From assembly GCF_009914755.1 (NCBI RefSeq), contig NC_060927.1: a stretch of 64,000 bases of DNA; one strand, given 5' to 3'. A program made the translations under genes and the position numbers. Of the stretch, positions 35,921 to 60,198 are shown piece by piece (the first letter of the stretch is position 1; each line of letters begins with the position of its first letter). The notes under the pieces were generated by a model. That model saw only the letters and a list, made by a program, of their open reading frames with translations, did no database searches and was not told where the DNA came from. This stretch comes from the human T2T-CHM13v2.0 reference genome, Homo sapiens.

Positions 35921-36479
35921 TTTTTTTTTTTTTATAGAATCAATTGTAGCTATCTATACATGATCAACTGAAGGTAATACATAAAAAAGTTAACAATTAG
36001 ATGATTGAAAGGAAATAAACTAAGATGCTAACATTAATATACTTCCTGAATGAATCAATCTAAGCCTTTTGTTATATATCATAAGAGCCCAACTTAAGTC
36101 TGGATCATCCTCAGGATTGTAGGAAAAGCTCTACCCCTGAAAAGTACAATGTGAATCCAGACTATCTGGTACTCAAGCATGGAAATCTTGTTATCTTAAG
36201 GAGAGTGCCACACAAAACTGGCAGACTGTTGCAAAACAAGACATGCTGACTGCCAAATGCATTAAGACATCAAATTCATAGAGAAAACAAGTATATATCT
36301 GTCTAGATCTACTTTACTATCTCTACTTAGGCAATCACATGAAGCTTAACTTTCTGGTTCCTTTGAGGCCAGTCCTGAGGGAAGTAATTGCCAAACAGGT
36401 CAGGGGCCAGTATAACTAAATAGGTTCCAGTTTCTCTTATTACTTAGGTTCACCAAAAACTGTAAGAATAAAGAATGTA

Positions 36480-39793
<3,314 letters not shown>

Positions 39794-40198
39794 AAGAAAC
39801 CCAATATGTTTAATTTGTGGTTTCATTGTTATAAAGCTTATTTTAGTCTCAAGTCATATGATTGCTATTATTTAGCTTTATAGTGCACTTTATTCGCCAA
39901 ATGTGATCCCCAGAGACTTCTGGCTACTTTCAAAAAGTAAGTCCACTCCAAAGTAATTCCAAGAATAGATTTTCCAGTCTTGTCTGAATAATTCACTGCT
40001 TAACACCAGAATCTGGCACATAGTAGATGCTCAAAAAACTGTTAAACAAAGGAGTGACTTTCTCAAAAGTTCCAAAGTATTTTAAGAAATGACAACACTG
40101 TTGGAAAATCTCTCTAGGTGACTGCTTTGAAGAAACAACATGCAGTTGGTTCATCAAATTACTCTGATTAATCTTTTCAACAAATACTCATTGAGAAC

Positions 40199-40690
40199 CA
40201 GGGCTTGCTACATAGTTTGTGGGGCCCAGTGAAAAATGAAAATGGAAAACTCCTTGTTCAGAAAGCAAGAAAAAAGTATTTTTCTTTCTTCTGCAGTCTC
40301 CTTCTCAACCTGAAATTATGTTTTATATTTGCTAGTCAATGTCGTGTTCCCTTGGGCATGTGGATATTTGCAGACCCTTGCAGACATTGCAGACTCTGTG
40401 AGTGACTCCACAGGTGGTCATAGTGCTCCTCCTGTGCCCAGATTGTTGGTGGGTGTGTGGGGATGTAGAAGGATGGCAGTAGTCACTGAGTAGGGGCAGG
40501 AGAGCATCCAGTGAGGTGGAACCAGGCTAGAGCCTAGACTTCAAACCCCTGGTGCATGCTCCATTGTTCCACTGGTCTTCATTTACAAAACACAAATTCA
40601 AAAATAAATTATTAAGTATAAGAGGACAACTGCTGAACATTAAATCCCAAGCCCACAGCTCCCTTCTCAGTGCTCATGAAGGTGGTTCTG
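40199..40690. mobile_element. MER45-family hAT fossil inside an L2 remnant
   Basis: CAGGGC...GCTACATAGTTTGTGGGGCCCAGTGAAAAATGAAAATG; 8-bp TSD TTGAGAAC/TTGAGAAT. Confidence 0.7.
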
Positions 40691-41360
40691 TTGAGAATCT
40701 ATTACGTGCTACTCCCTGAGGGTACTATATGAACAAGGCAAAGACTGGTGAACCTTTCTGCCTAACAGGGAAAGCAGACAAGAAAACAGGAAATTACTCT
40801 GCACTGGGTAAGGGCATTGATGGGAGTACAGGCAAACCCTGGTAGCTTCATTCCTGGGGTCAGGGAAAGAGGCTCAAACATAGAAACTGCTAGGTGAGAC
40901 CTAATGTACAAAAAGGAATAAAACTAGAGAAAGTGTGCAGATAGAGGAAACAGCACTCGAAGAACCAGGGGTAGAAGAGAATGGGACATTCCAGGAACTA
41001 AAACAAACTGGCTAAAGTGGAAGGTGGGGACTTTCTCCATTATGTTAATGAGTTCCAACATTTTTTGCATTTTTTGAGGGCAGTGAGAGCCATTTGGAGG
41101 GATTTAAGGCAAAGTGACTTGATCAGTCTTGTGTTTATGTAAGATCACTCAAACTGCAATGGAGAGAATAAAAGTCCCAAAGGGCAGAATGAGAAAGTTT
41201 GGTAGGAAGACCCATCAAGGGCAAAGAAGAGGAAGCAGAGATTGGTTTGGGGATGTATGGGAGGCACTAGATAACTAGAGGGGCTTACACTGGGGTAAGA
41301 AAGACCCAGGATACTAAAGATTAAGCCATGAAGAATTCATTTCAATATCAACTGCTGGTA

Positions 41361-42550
<1,190 letters not shown>

Positions 42551-44096
42551 TTAGGCTTAGTGCACAGAGAATAGCACCAAGAGGGTAAATGTTGGAGAGA
42601 CAGTATTCTAACATATCCAATTTGCCCTATAATTTGTTGAGCACATGAAGTATCTACCGTGTTTTGAGAACTTCCTAACTAGTTTTCCTGGTGCAATAAG
42701 AGTGATTGATAGTTTCAAAATTAATTTTGCAATCTTGAATCTTCAGGTGTTTTCTGAACAGTGTGGCCAAAGCTACAGGGGACAAAAGAGATGATCAGAG
42801 GACCAGCAGTCTTGGCCTCTGGGAGATTGCTGGACATGCAGAATCACGGGCCTTTGTATACACTTAGGAAGCACTGCTCTGAAGATCTGCTTCCTGATCT
42901 TAAGTAAATTATCATTTGAGTTGGAAAAACCATAGGGAACTACTGAAGGTAGAATTTAAAAAACTTCTATATAATGTATTATGAAATATAAGGGCTAGAA
43001 GGGTTAATGAGAGAGGGGCTATTAGCAGCATTAATGTTCTCACGTGATATTAGAACACTAATTCTACTTTGGGTTGTTACAATTAATTGCTTTCGTGCCT
43101 TCTGAATTCAAAATTAATACACTCCATAAAGTTTAGGAGCATGGACTACACATTTCTGTATTCCTCTCAACAGTCTGTACATAGTATATGAAGTACATAA
43201 AGATCTGTTAAATAAATTTGATAATATGATCCTGGCTGGTTGGTTGGGATTTTACAGATTAAATTTTTAGGGGGATTTTCTTAGTAAAAACATAAGAGAA
43301 TGTTTAGGGTCATGGCATTTCTTGCTCTAGTCTTTATTTCATTTTGGGGGAGACACAGAATTGTTCTTCAGTCAGCTCTGTGTCAGAGGAGAGAGTAAAG
43401 CTGTTCCTTCATCATGCAATAGTAATCTGAGTCAAGGATATGAAACAAGCCCTTCAGGAAGTGAGCCAATTAAATGTTATTCTTCAGATATGAAGTTAAT
43501 AAACAAAATATAGCTAAAGCATCAAAACTTTGGAGAATCTTATATTCCCTAAGTGGTAGAAATAAATTGATGTCCCATGATAAAAATAAACGAGATCCAT
43601 GGGAAATTTTTCTTGTTCTTCCCCATCATGTTGTCTCATCTCTCACACATTATGCACAATGATATGAGAAAATCAGCAGAAGAACTTTTCTCCTTTCTTT
43701 CCTCTTTTGTTAGATGGTAAATACCAGCTGGAGCTTTGTGAGCAGTGAGTAATCCACCTGGCACAGAACCAAGGTAACTGCTACCTGAAAACGTTCCACT
43801 CTGTTGTTATCCTTCTGTTCAGGAATCATATAGTCCAAATGAATGAATGGAAGAAACCACCTCTGTGGGCTTTCATACATAGGACTTTTCCAGGAGCATT
43901 GAGTGCCTGGTTAAGCTGCTGTCAGCTTTCAGTTTTGCCCTTGTACCTAGTCCACCTGAAATGCTTAATCTCAGAATGGTTTCCTCTTGTTTCTCAGCAC
44001 CCATCTGGGCACCCTCTCCTGGCCACAACTTGGTTTGTTCTCAGGGGATGGAAACTGACTATATCATAACAAGTAAAATATATTTAGGACTGCCAG

Positions 44097-44520
44097 TGTA
44101 GCAGAGGCCACAGTGACAGGTCCTTGCTCATATCCCTCAGGTCTTCCCTGCAAGCTTCCAGCTGTCAGTACGTGCCTCTCTGCCCTCAGGCCATTTCCCC
44201 AAGCCCAAGGAGCCTGCTCTACCTGTGCACAAAACAGGCCTGAAGTTTAGAATTACTATGCCCAGGAGGAGCCATTACCAATGACCAATAAGTGCTGGTG
44301 ATTGATACCCCAGCTTCCTAGTCCTTGAGCCAAGGTAATTCTAAAGTGTGTGTTTTATTTCACGGTGGGGCTAAGCTTCTAACGTACTTTTGAGTGGCTG
44401 CATTTTCTATCCCTGTGTCGTACACCTGCCATACCAGTGTTTCCTGCAACTTTCAAATAAACCACTAGTCCTCGAATCTTTGTCTCAGGGTCAGCTTCTG
44501 GCGGAACTCAAAGTGTGATG
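44097..44520 (+). mobile_element. LTR16-family (ERVL) LTR
   Basis: ATACCCCAGCTTCC...CAAATAAACCACT...TGTCTCAGGGTCAGCTTCTGG. Confidence 0.65.
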
Positions 44521-45099
44521 GTCAGTAGGCAAACAAAATATTCTCATAATGGATTCCAAAGCCAGATATACATAGATTTTGAATTTCCCAGGAGACAATT
44601 AAAAGTCAGCAATTCATAGATAAGCCAAGACTCAAAGTTGCTAAATCTAAATTCCTTTACTCACAGCATCAATATTCATCATACTGCCTCTTCATGCTCT
44701 GAGAGTGTTCTTCTGACTCAATGACCTCTGCTGGTAAATCGCTTAACAGAATGCATTTCCAATCATTTTAATGTGCTTTGAAGGTTACAGCCCAAGCCGC
44801 CAAACATGATTCACAGGTGTTTTCTATAACTCTAATTCTGATGTACCAAGTGACCTTGGCCATTACAATGCCTGTTTTCAACTAGAATGCACTGTGTTGT
44901 GAAATGATTGTTTATGACAAATAATTTTATACTTTAGTGTTATTTAATTATTTTTCAATTTCTTCTATATTTTCCCTTTTCCTCAAATACTGATTTATGC
45001 TTTTTTTCTCTTTCCTTTTTACTCGAATTTCTCCCTATTTCTATCCTGCTATTATTCTTTTTGTAACAAAATAATACAGTCCATCTAATATGCATACAG

Positions 45100-45810
<711 letters not shown>

Positions 45811-46101
45811 AAACTTCCAGATAAAATTAGAAAATTATGAGGGGATCAGGTGCAGTGGCTTACACCTGTAATCCCAGCACTCTGAGAGACCGAGGCAGGA
45901 GAATCACTTGAGCCCAGGAGTTCAAGACCAGCCTGGGCAACATAGTAAGGCCCTGCCTTTATTTATTTATTTATTTATTTATTTTTTCTTTCGAGACAGA
46001 GTCTCACTCTGTCACCCAGGCTGGAGTGCAATGGTGCAATCTTGGCCCACTGCAAGCTCCGCCTCCTGGATTCAAGTGATTCTCCTGCCTCAGCCTACTG
46101 A

Positions 46102-46269
<168 letters not shown>

Positions 46270-46393
46270 TAGCCTGTGGCCCTGTCTTTAATAAAACAAC
46301 TTGGTGGACTGTCCTGGAGTAAAAAAATAAATACAACAACAACAACAACAACAACTAAAGGAAATCAAGAGGGATAAAAATGTCCTCATTTTA

Positions 46394-47575
<1,182 letters not shown>

Positions 47576-49428
47576 TAGGCTCGTACTAACAGCTGTAATA
47601 AATAGACCTCAAAATATATAGTACTAAAACATAGTAACCGTTCATTTCTTGCTCACCTAAGAGGTTGTTGTTGCTGAGGGGTGGTGGACCCTCTCTTTAT
47701 CAGGGCCCCTTATGTTAAGTTTATTATGTAGCTCTCCTTTCCTCAAATCCTCACTGTCATCAGCATCTAGCCAGTAAAGGGGGAAGTAGAGCAGAGAAGA
47801 GACTTACGTATTTCTTAAAATAATGTCATAGATCATTATTTTGTTCCATAGATCAGAATTTGTTCCATAGATCAGAATTCAGTTGTGTGGCCACAACTAA
47901 CTACAAGGCAAGTTTAGAAAAATAGTCTAGTTGTGTGCTCAGCAAAAAGTGGAAACTCATTTTTGCTGCACAGTTGACAGACCCAGACACAGAGTCTTTG
48001 TGTAGCACAAGAAAGACAAACAAATACCAAGCTCTTCAAACCATACTAGATGGATCTTAAAGGTGCCAGTCGGCTGACTGCTAGAGTCAGTCAGTAGCAG
48101 AAACGCTTCAGATGAGAATCCACCTTCTTTAGCTGTCCTGAGAGTGCTTAAAACTTAGTATCTAAAAATAATTCTAACATTCAATAATAGTTGTACCAAT
48201 ATACCAAAGTAGGCCCCATAGTAAAGCACTCTGTCTGCTTCAAGACAGGATAGATGGCCTCTTAGGAACGGACTGAGTCGGCCTTTTCTGCCCCTTCCCC
48301 CTTCTAATGAATCAGCCACATTGTTTGGGAAGGCTTCTGAGACCATTATCTGGTGTCTCATTGCTCTGACACTACCACTTTGGGTGCTAGAATTTCAATC
48401 ATGAAGACCAATGAGACTTAACCAGTTCATTTTCTTAACATTTTGTCAACAAATGAAATATGCTTTTCTTATAAAATGACTGTTAAGAAAAAAGTTATTT
48501 CTCTTGACCTATTCACACAAGTAAACAGTAAATCTTTCAGCATTCAAGCCAGAGATCAGAATTTTATTTGAAGAAGATGACAACTTTGTGGCTTTGTACT
48601 TACTCGCTCTTCCAGATCAACGACAGAGAATAATTGGCCATTCTGTAGATGGCTTCACGAGAGAAGAACTTACAACCCATGTTGGGTTTTTTCTTTTTTT
48701 TTTTAGTTCGAAAAGGATGTTCCTGGGGGAAAATATAATCACATTTATATTTCAGATGAAACTGTCTGTGTTGGAGGTTTTCAATTTGTAGCCTAAATGG
48801 TTGACTCAGACATGTCTACACATAGAACAGCCAAATAATAATTAAGAGCTATCAGTGAACACCACCACACTAGATATTATCAGTGTTTACCCGTAGTGTC
48901 TGCTCATATTTACAAATCACTTTATAATGTTCATGAAAGTATTTTCCCTCAATTATTTATTTCTAACTAGTCATGTAGCATGAGTGGATAATCTTTCTTT
49001 TTTAAAAATTGCTGATTACATTCCCTAAAGCAAAACCAACTATGTAATTAATTTAGAGTTGTTTTTCCTTAAAGAAACATTAAACATCAAAATCATGTCC
49101 TTTTCCACCTAAGCAAACAAAAAAGTACATAATTCTTACAAAAAATGCTTTAAAATACCATTTATTTCCATTTTGTGGTGAGTTAGGAGAGAGGGGAGGA
49201 AATAGGAAGGGAGAAGGAAGAAGCAGGAGGCAGGGGTGGAAAGTAGAGACCTGGATAAAGGGATGAGAAGACATAAAAAGGAAAAGGAAAACATAAATGA
49301 TCAAGGAATGAGTTGAGAGGGGAAACAAAGCCGGGGAGAGAATGAGAAAGAAAATGGAGGAAGAAGCTGGGCGCAGTGGCTCACACCTGTAAATCCCAGC
49401 ACTTTGGGAGGCTGAGGTGGGCGGATCA

Positions 49429-49695
<267 letters not shown>

Positions 49696-49962
49696 CTACC
49701 TATTAGGGAAGGGAAGTGGATTGGGTTTCCTACCCTGTCTGTAGACTCCATGAAGAACCATGTCTCTCCAGCCAGAAAGATATTCTTGCTTAAGTAGCTC
49801 CTTACAACCTACTTCTTCATAAATTTTGTAGATTCTTTCTTAAAAATTGAAATATAATTTACACACCATAGAATTCATCCTTTTAAAATATATAGCTCAG
49901 GATTTGTGGTAAGTTCACAAGGTTATGCAATCTCCACCACTAATTAATTCAAGAATATTTTC

Positions 49963-50126
49963 ATACTTACCTAGGAGGTGAAATACCATCATCACAAAGG
50001 TGATTTTCCCAGGGTGAGGCTTATTCATTGCACTCTGGATGTGCTGATCCCTGCAATTTCCCCAAATGTGGAGAACTCAACTGCATAATCTTTGGCAGTG
50101 GGAAACTGTGTTCACACTCTCTTCTG
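49963..50126 (+). pseudogene. Full-length U1 snRNA retropseudogene
   Basis: ATACTTACCT...CATTGCACTC...; 164 nt colinear with U1 with many substitutions (including the Sm site); A-rich tail; inserted into an old L1 3' end rather than behind an snRNA promoter. Confidence 0.93.
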
Positions 50127-50313
50127 TAACAACAACAACGAAAAAAATATATATATATATTTATCAGCCCTAGGAAATCATGTGTTTTACTACATTAGCA
50201 GTAACTCTCCATCTTTTCCTCCCTCTAGCTCCTGGAAACCAATAATCTCTTTTCTGTCTCTATAGATTTGCATATTCTGGAAATTTCTTTTCTTTTCTTT
50301 TCTTTTTTTTTGA

Positions 50314-50409
<96 letters not shown>

Positions 50410-50421
50410 TAAGCCTCCTGA

Positions 50422-50607
<186 letters not shown>

Positions 50608-51314
50608 TAAACAAAATCATCAAGTATGTGGCATTTGGTGCATGCCTTCTTTCACTTACCATAATGTTTTTAATATTTATCCATGTTAAAGCATGTATTA
50701 CTATTTCATCCTTCTTTATTTTTTTTTTTTTTGAGACGGAGTCTCGCTCTGTCACCCAGGCTGGAGTGCAGTGGTGTGATCTTGGCTCACTGCAACTTCT
50801 GCCTACAATTGCCAGATTGTAAAGGAAGGGCTAAAACTATCCCTTTTTACATACATACGTACATGAAATATAGAGAATTCTAGAGAATCTGCGAAAAATT
50901 TTTAGGGCTAATAAATGAGTTCAGCAAGTTTGTAGGATACAACATCAATATATAAAAATCAATTGTTTTTCTATACACTAGCAATCTGAAAATGAAACTT
51001 AGAAAATAATTTCATTCAGCATAAAAAGAATAAAATGTTTAGGAATAAACTAAAAAAAGAAGTGCAAAACATATACTCTTACCAGGTACAGTGGCTCACA
51101 CCTGTAATCCCAGTACTTTGGGAGGCCATGGTAGGAGAATCATTTGAGGCCAGGAGTTTAAGACCAGCCTGGGCAACACAGTGAGAACCTCATCACTACA
51201 AAAAATTAAAAATTTAGCTGGGCATGATGGCACACTCCTCTTTGGGAGGCTGAAGCAGGAGGATTGCTTGAGCCCAGGAGTTCAAAGCTGCAGTGAGCTA
51301 TGATTGTGCCACTA

Positions 51315-51918
<604 letters not shown>

Positions 51919-51930
51919 TTATCAGATTGA

Positions 51931-52503
<573 letters not shown>

Positions 52504-52890
52504 TAGTAGAGACTGGGTTTCACTGTGTTAGCCAGGATGGTCTCGATCTCCTGACCTTGTGATCTGCCTGCCTCGGACTCCCAAAGTGCTGGGATTACAG
52601 GCATGAGCCACCACTCCTGGCCAGCATAATCCTTTTTATATGCAGTTTGCTAGTATGCTAGTATTTGGTATCAGGCCAATATTGGTCTCACAAATTAGTA
52701 GAAAAGTGTTCCCTTCTCATATTTTCAGAAGGTTTCGTGAAGGATTGGTGTTCATTCCTCTTTAATACTTGGTAGAATTCTCTAGTGACGTCATCTGGTT
52801 CTGGGCTTTTATTTATAGAAAAGTTTTGGCTGGGTGCGGTGGCTCACGCCTGGAATCCCAGCACTTTGGGAGGCCAAGGCGGGTGGATCA

Positions 52891-53145
<255 letters not shown>

Positions 53146-53444
53146 TCATCAACCTTTCTACTTGCTATAGTTCTATTCAGGTTGTCTATTTTTTAAGCAG
53201 TTTGATAGTTTGGATCTTTTTAGGAATGTGCCCCTTTCATGTAGGTTATCTTATTTGTCGGCATATAATTGTTCATCGTATTCTGTCATCTCTTCCATTC
53301 CTGGTTTTAGTATTTTGAGTCTTCTTTCTTTTATTTCTTTTTTTTGTCAGTCTAGCTAACTGTTGTCAATTTTGATTATCTTTTCAAACAACCAACTTTT
53401 AGTTTTGCTGATTTTCTTCATTTTTATTCTATTTCCTATTTTGT

Positions 53445-53484
53445 TTCTACGGCCATACCACCCTGAATGCACTTGATCTTGTCT
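53445..53484 (+). pseudogene. 5S rRNA 5' fragment (tailless retropseudogene)
   Basis: TCTACGGCCATACCACCCTGAATGCACTTGATCTTGTCT matches 5S nt 2-40 with CpG decay; flanked by TCTATTT(C/T)CTATTTTGTT repeats at 53428-53445 and 53482-53499. Confidence 0.88.
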
Positions 53485-53871
53485 ATTTTCTATTTTGTTT
53501 ATTTCTGCTATAATAGTTATCATTTTCTTCCTTGTGTTTGCTTGATTTGGGTTTAGTTTGCTCTTCTTTTTCTATTTCCTTAGGGAGAAAAGTTAGGTTA
53601 TTGATTTTTGGCCTTTACTCTTTTTAACATACAGGCATTTAGAGCAGTAAATTTCCCTGTAAGCACCAATTTAACTTCATTGAATTTAAGGTAGGTTGTG
53701 GTTTTTTTATTTTCATTCATCTCAAAGTATTTCTAATTTTCTATGTGATTTCTTCTTTGACCCGTTAGTTATTTAGAAATGTGTTGTTCAGGCCAAACAC
53801 AGCGGCTCACGCCTGTAATCCCAGCACTTTGGGAGGCCAAGGTGGGTGAATCACCTGAGGTCAGGAGTTCA

Positions 53872-54138
<267 letters not shown>

Positions 54139-55203
54139 TTACTATTATTTCTAATTTTATTTCACTGTGGTCAGAGAACATACTTTGTATTATTACAGTC
54201 TTTTAAAGTTTTCTGAGCTTTTTTAATGGCCTAACATATGGATTGTCCTGGAAAATATTCCATGTTCACTTGAGAAGAATGTGTATTTTTTAAAATTTAT
54301 TTTAATTTTATTTTATTACTTTTTTTTTTTAAACAGGGCCTCACTCTGTCACCCAGGCTGGAGTGCAGTGACACAATCTTGGTTCACTGCAACCTCTGCC
54401 TCCCAGGCTCAAACAATCTTCCCACCTTAGCCTCCCAAGTAGCTGGGACTGCAGGCACTCACCGCCACGCCTGGCTAATTATTGTATTTATAATTGTCCA
54501 GGCTAATCTCAAACTTCTGGACTCAAGCGATCTGTCTGCCTTGGCCTCCCAAAGTGCTGGGATTACAAGCATGAGCTACCACGCCTGGCCGAACATGTAT
54601 TTTATAGACACCTTTGAATATCTTAGAATGTTGGGTGTTATTATTACTACTATTATTTTTGTAGAGATAGGTTCTTACTATGTTGCCCAGGCTGTCTCAA
54701 ACTCCTGGCTTCAGGCAATTGTCCAACATTGGCCTCCCAAAGTGTTGGTACTATAGGTATGAACCCCCATGCCTGGCTGAATGAATGTTGGATATTCTAT
54801 AGATGTCTTTCATGTCAAGTTGATTTATAGTGTTGTTAATATCTTCTATTTCCTTGGCCATCTTTTATCCAGTTGTTCTACCCATTATGGAAAGTGGCAG
54901 CTAGGCACAGTGGCTCACAACTGTGATCCTAGCACTTGGAGGCCAAGGCTGGAGAATTGCTTGAGGCTAGGAGTTTGAGACCAGCCTGGGCAATATAGCA
55001 AGACTCCATCTTAAAAAAAAAAATAGAGGCCGGCATCGTGGCTCACGCCTGTAATCTCTGCACTTTGGGAGGCTGAGGTGGGTGGATCACCTGAGGTCAG
55101 GAGTTCAAGACCAGCCTGGCCAACATGATAAAACCCCATCACTACTAAAAATACAAAAAATTAGCTGGGCATGACGGTGTGCACCTGTAATCCCAGCTAC
55201 TCA

Positions 55204-55362
<159 letters not shown>

Positions 55363-56162
55363 CTAGGCCTGGTGGCTCATGCCTGTAACCTCTGCGCTCT
55401 GGGAGGCTGAGGTGGGCGGATCACTTGAGGTCAGGAGTTTGAGACCAGCCTGGCCAACATGGTGAAACCCCATCTCTACTAAAAATACAAAAATTAGCCG
55501 GGGCGGTGACAGAGCGAGACTCCGTCTAAAAAATAAATAAATAAATAAAAATCTGTTCCACCAATCTCTACCTATTATGTGAAGTGTTCAGTAATACACA
55601 TTTAATGTAATTGCTGATAAGGAAGGATTTACAACTGCCATTTTGCTGTTTGTTTTCTGTATGTATTGTGTTTTTTGTTTCTCTTCCTCCATAACTGCCT
55701 TCTTTTGTGTTAACGTCAGGCTTTCCCACAATGCTAGTTTTGATTACTTGATGACCAAGAAATATTAACTATTCTGAGATTGTACATATGACTTTAAATC
55801 TCATTTGAGATATTGATTGTTCTTCACTGTTCCAAAAAAAAAAAATCATGAGTAAGATTTCAGAAGGATACGGTTTAGGATTTATTCACTGCTTACTTGA
55901 AAAATTTGCCAGGTGTGGTGGCTCATGCCTCTAATCCTAGCAGTTTGGGAGTCCAAGGTGGGAGGATCATTTGGGCTTAGGAGTTTGAAACCAGCCTGGG
56001 CAACATAGTGAGACTTCATCTCTTAAAGAAAAAAAATAGAAGGCTGGGTGCGGTGGCTCATGCCTGTAATCCCAGCTCTTTGGGAGGCTGAGGCTGGTGG
56101 ATCACCTGAGGTCAGGAGTTCGAGACCAGCCTGACCAATATGGAGAAACCCCATCTCTACTA

Positions 56163-56321
<159 letters not shown>

Positions 56322-56528
56322 TCAAAAAAATAAATAAATAAAATAAAAATTAAAAAAATAGAAAAGAAAAATTGAACATATCATCAGTGACAATAAAATA
56401 TTTTTAAAAGTTTTGTGTCTCAATCTTTTCATTATTTATTATCACAAGAAATTACGTGTCTTCTAGGCCAGGCGTGGTGGCTCATACCTGTAATTCCAGA
56501 ACTTTGGGATACCAAGGTGGGTGGATCA

Positions 56529-57080
<552 letters not shown>

Positions 57081-57670
57081 CTATATGCCAGGCAATTTTA
57101 TAGGCACTGGGAAAATTACAGTGAATAAGACAGACTGGGTCCCTGTCCTCAAGAAGCTTGAGTTCCAGTGGGAGAGACAGTTAATAAATAAGTGAATAAG
57201 TATATTCTAAAATACACAGAAGGACAAAGGACAGAAAGAAAATGAGGCAAAGGACAGGTGTGGATCATCCTGGAAGGGCTATCTTAGATTGGAGGGTTAA
57301 AAGTAGTAGTTTCTGAAGAAGTGACATTTGAGCAGACACCTAAATGAAGAGAGGGTTCAAGTCTTAAAGATTTACTGGAATAGAGTGTTTGAAGCAGAGA
57401 AAATAGTAAGTGCAAAGACAGACATGTGCTTGGCCTATTTCCAGAACAGCAAGGATTCCCATGGGACTGGGTAGGAATAAGCAGAGGGACTGCAAGTGAG
57501 GTAGCCAGTGATCACATATATATGATTTTATAGGCCTTTTAGATTTTAAGCCATTAGAAGGTTGTGAGCAAGGGAACGGCATTGTTACGTTTTACATTTT
57601 AAAAACATCACTCTGGGTTTTGTATAGAAGATAAACAGTAGGAGAGCATGCGTGGAAGTTGGGAGACCGA

Positions 57671-58237
57671 TTTGGTTGACACAGCCTTAGTTGACCTCCA
57701 ATGAGTCATGCCTTGTGTAATATTCTCCCTTAAGTGCTGACAGAACCTGTGACTTGCTTCCAATGAACAGAATATGGCAAAGATGATGGATGTCATTCTC
57801 ATGAATATGTTACATTACATAAGACTTCATCTTAGCCGACCAGAGTGTGAGTGATTCTGCTGAAGAAGCAAACCACCATGGTGTGAACTGCTGTGGAGAG
57901 GGCCACTTGCAGGGAACTATGAGACACTTCTAGGACCTACAGATAGCTCCCAGCCAAGAGCCAGTGAGAAGCTGGGTCTCCAGTTACACAACCACAAAGA
58001 GTTGACTTTACCAACAATTTGAATGAGCTTGGAGTTAAATTCTTCCCTAGTCAATCCCTCAGATGAGAATATAGCAAGCCTACATCTTGATTACAGATTG
58101 TGGAGGCTGTAAGCTGAGTATCTGGTTAAGCCATTTTCAGACTCCTGACCCACGGGAACAGTGAGATAATAAATGTGTGTGGTTTTAAGCTATTAAGTGT
58201 GTGGCAATTTGTTACACAGCAACGGAGAACCAACACA
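57671..58237 (+). mobile_element. MLT1E-like MaLR LTR inserted in an L2 (L2 ~57075-58420)
   Basis: GTGACTTGCTTCCAATGAACAGAATATGGCAAAG...GTGAGATAATAAATG...TTTGTTACACAGCAA; TSD ACCGA/ACCAA. Confidence 0.78.
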
Positions 58238-58612
58238 ACCAATTAGGATGTTTCTGTAGTAGTCAGGTGAGAATTGATGGTGACTTGAACCAGGCTAGTA
58301 GCCATGAAGATGGGGAGAAATGGTTGGATTTGGGATATGTTTTGAACACAGAGTTGATAGATTTGCCAAAAGCTTGGGTATGTTATATGTGAGAGAGAGA
58401 GGAGTCTGACTCCAAGATTGGCTCAATAAATACAAATACTCAGCTCATAAAATTCAATTAATTTATATTTTGCTCACCTTAGAAATCAGATCTGGGCCAG
58501 GCGCAGTGGCTCATGCCTATAACCCCGGAACTTTGGGAAGCTGAGGCGGGCGGATCACCTGAGGTCGAGAGTTCGAGACCAGCTTAACCAACATGGAGAA
58601 ATCCCACGTCTA

Positions 58613-58797
<185 letters not shown>

Positions 58798-59030
58798 TCA
58801 GATCTGGTTGAATCCTACTGATGTGCTATAGCACCTCTTCCAGGAATGCACTTGACCGCTTTCTAAACCAGGCTTGTTCTACTAACACTTCAAGTTTCAA
58901 ATGAAATGATTTCCTTCTCTGAAAACTTTCCCATGCACGTTAGCTAGCTTAACTCTTTACTCCCTTTGCTCAAAAATTTCTTATAGCATTTGTCTCATTA
59001 ATCATAATTTATATGCACTGTCTCCTATAG

Positions 59031-59414
<384 letters not shown>

Positions 59415-60150
59415 TAATGACTGAATAATTGTAGTCATTCTGAAAACATTTGAAATCATCAGATTAACTGTATTTTACCTAATTCTGTCTTCTCATAGCA
59501 ACATAGTTCATCTCACTATATGATTAACTAAAGCAGACAAGATATGTATGTATGCATATATTACCTGCATCATAAGTATAATGCAATATGCCCATTTGAC
59601 AATGTTAACTCCATAAATAATAACACTCATAATTGACCCACTGTGCATATGTGTCTGTTTGTGTATGTGAGAGAAAGAGAATTCTATAAGCTACAAAAGT
59701 TTTTTATCCAGTTTGAGTTGCAGATCCAAGATTTATCCTCTTGATTTATTGCTTTCTAGCCTTGCAAAAGGACAAAAGTAAAGTTTTTGAAAAGACTTTG
59801 TGACAAATCTACTTCAACTACTCCAGAATGTGAAAAACGGATAAGATAGATGCTGGGTCACTTTAAAAAGGCAAAGGAATGTTCCAATATAAAAAATATG
59901 GTACTCGTGGGCTAGTTTGTTCAAACACACCGGAGTGACTTTCTAGGCTTCGATCCAATTGTATGATGCATTCAGAAACCCTGTGCCTACTCATAAAAAT
60001 ATCTCAGATGAAAGATTTTGAAATTTGTTTATGAGTTTAACTGAACTGAAAACTGCAATGTTGGCCATTTCTTTTTGTGACCAGAGGGAGGAACTTCTAT
60101 TCAGTATTGAACCTAATACACCAATGGCTATATTTTCCCTAATTCCAGAA

Positions 60151-60198
<48 letters not shown>

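Noticed and set aside
47841-47880. Tandem 20-bp duplication TTGTTCCATAGATCAGAATT as a regularly spaced repeat array
   Set aside because: Only two adjacent copies with no spacers; ordinary slippage. No CRISPR-like array is present in this eukaryotic window.
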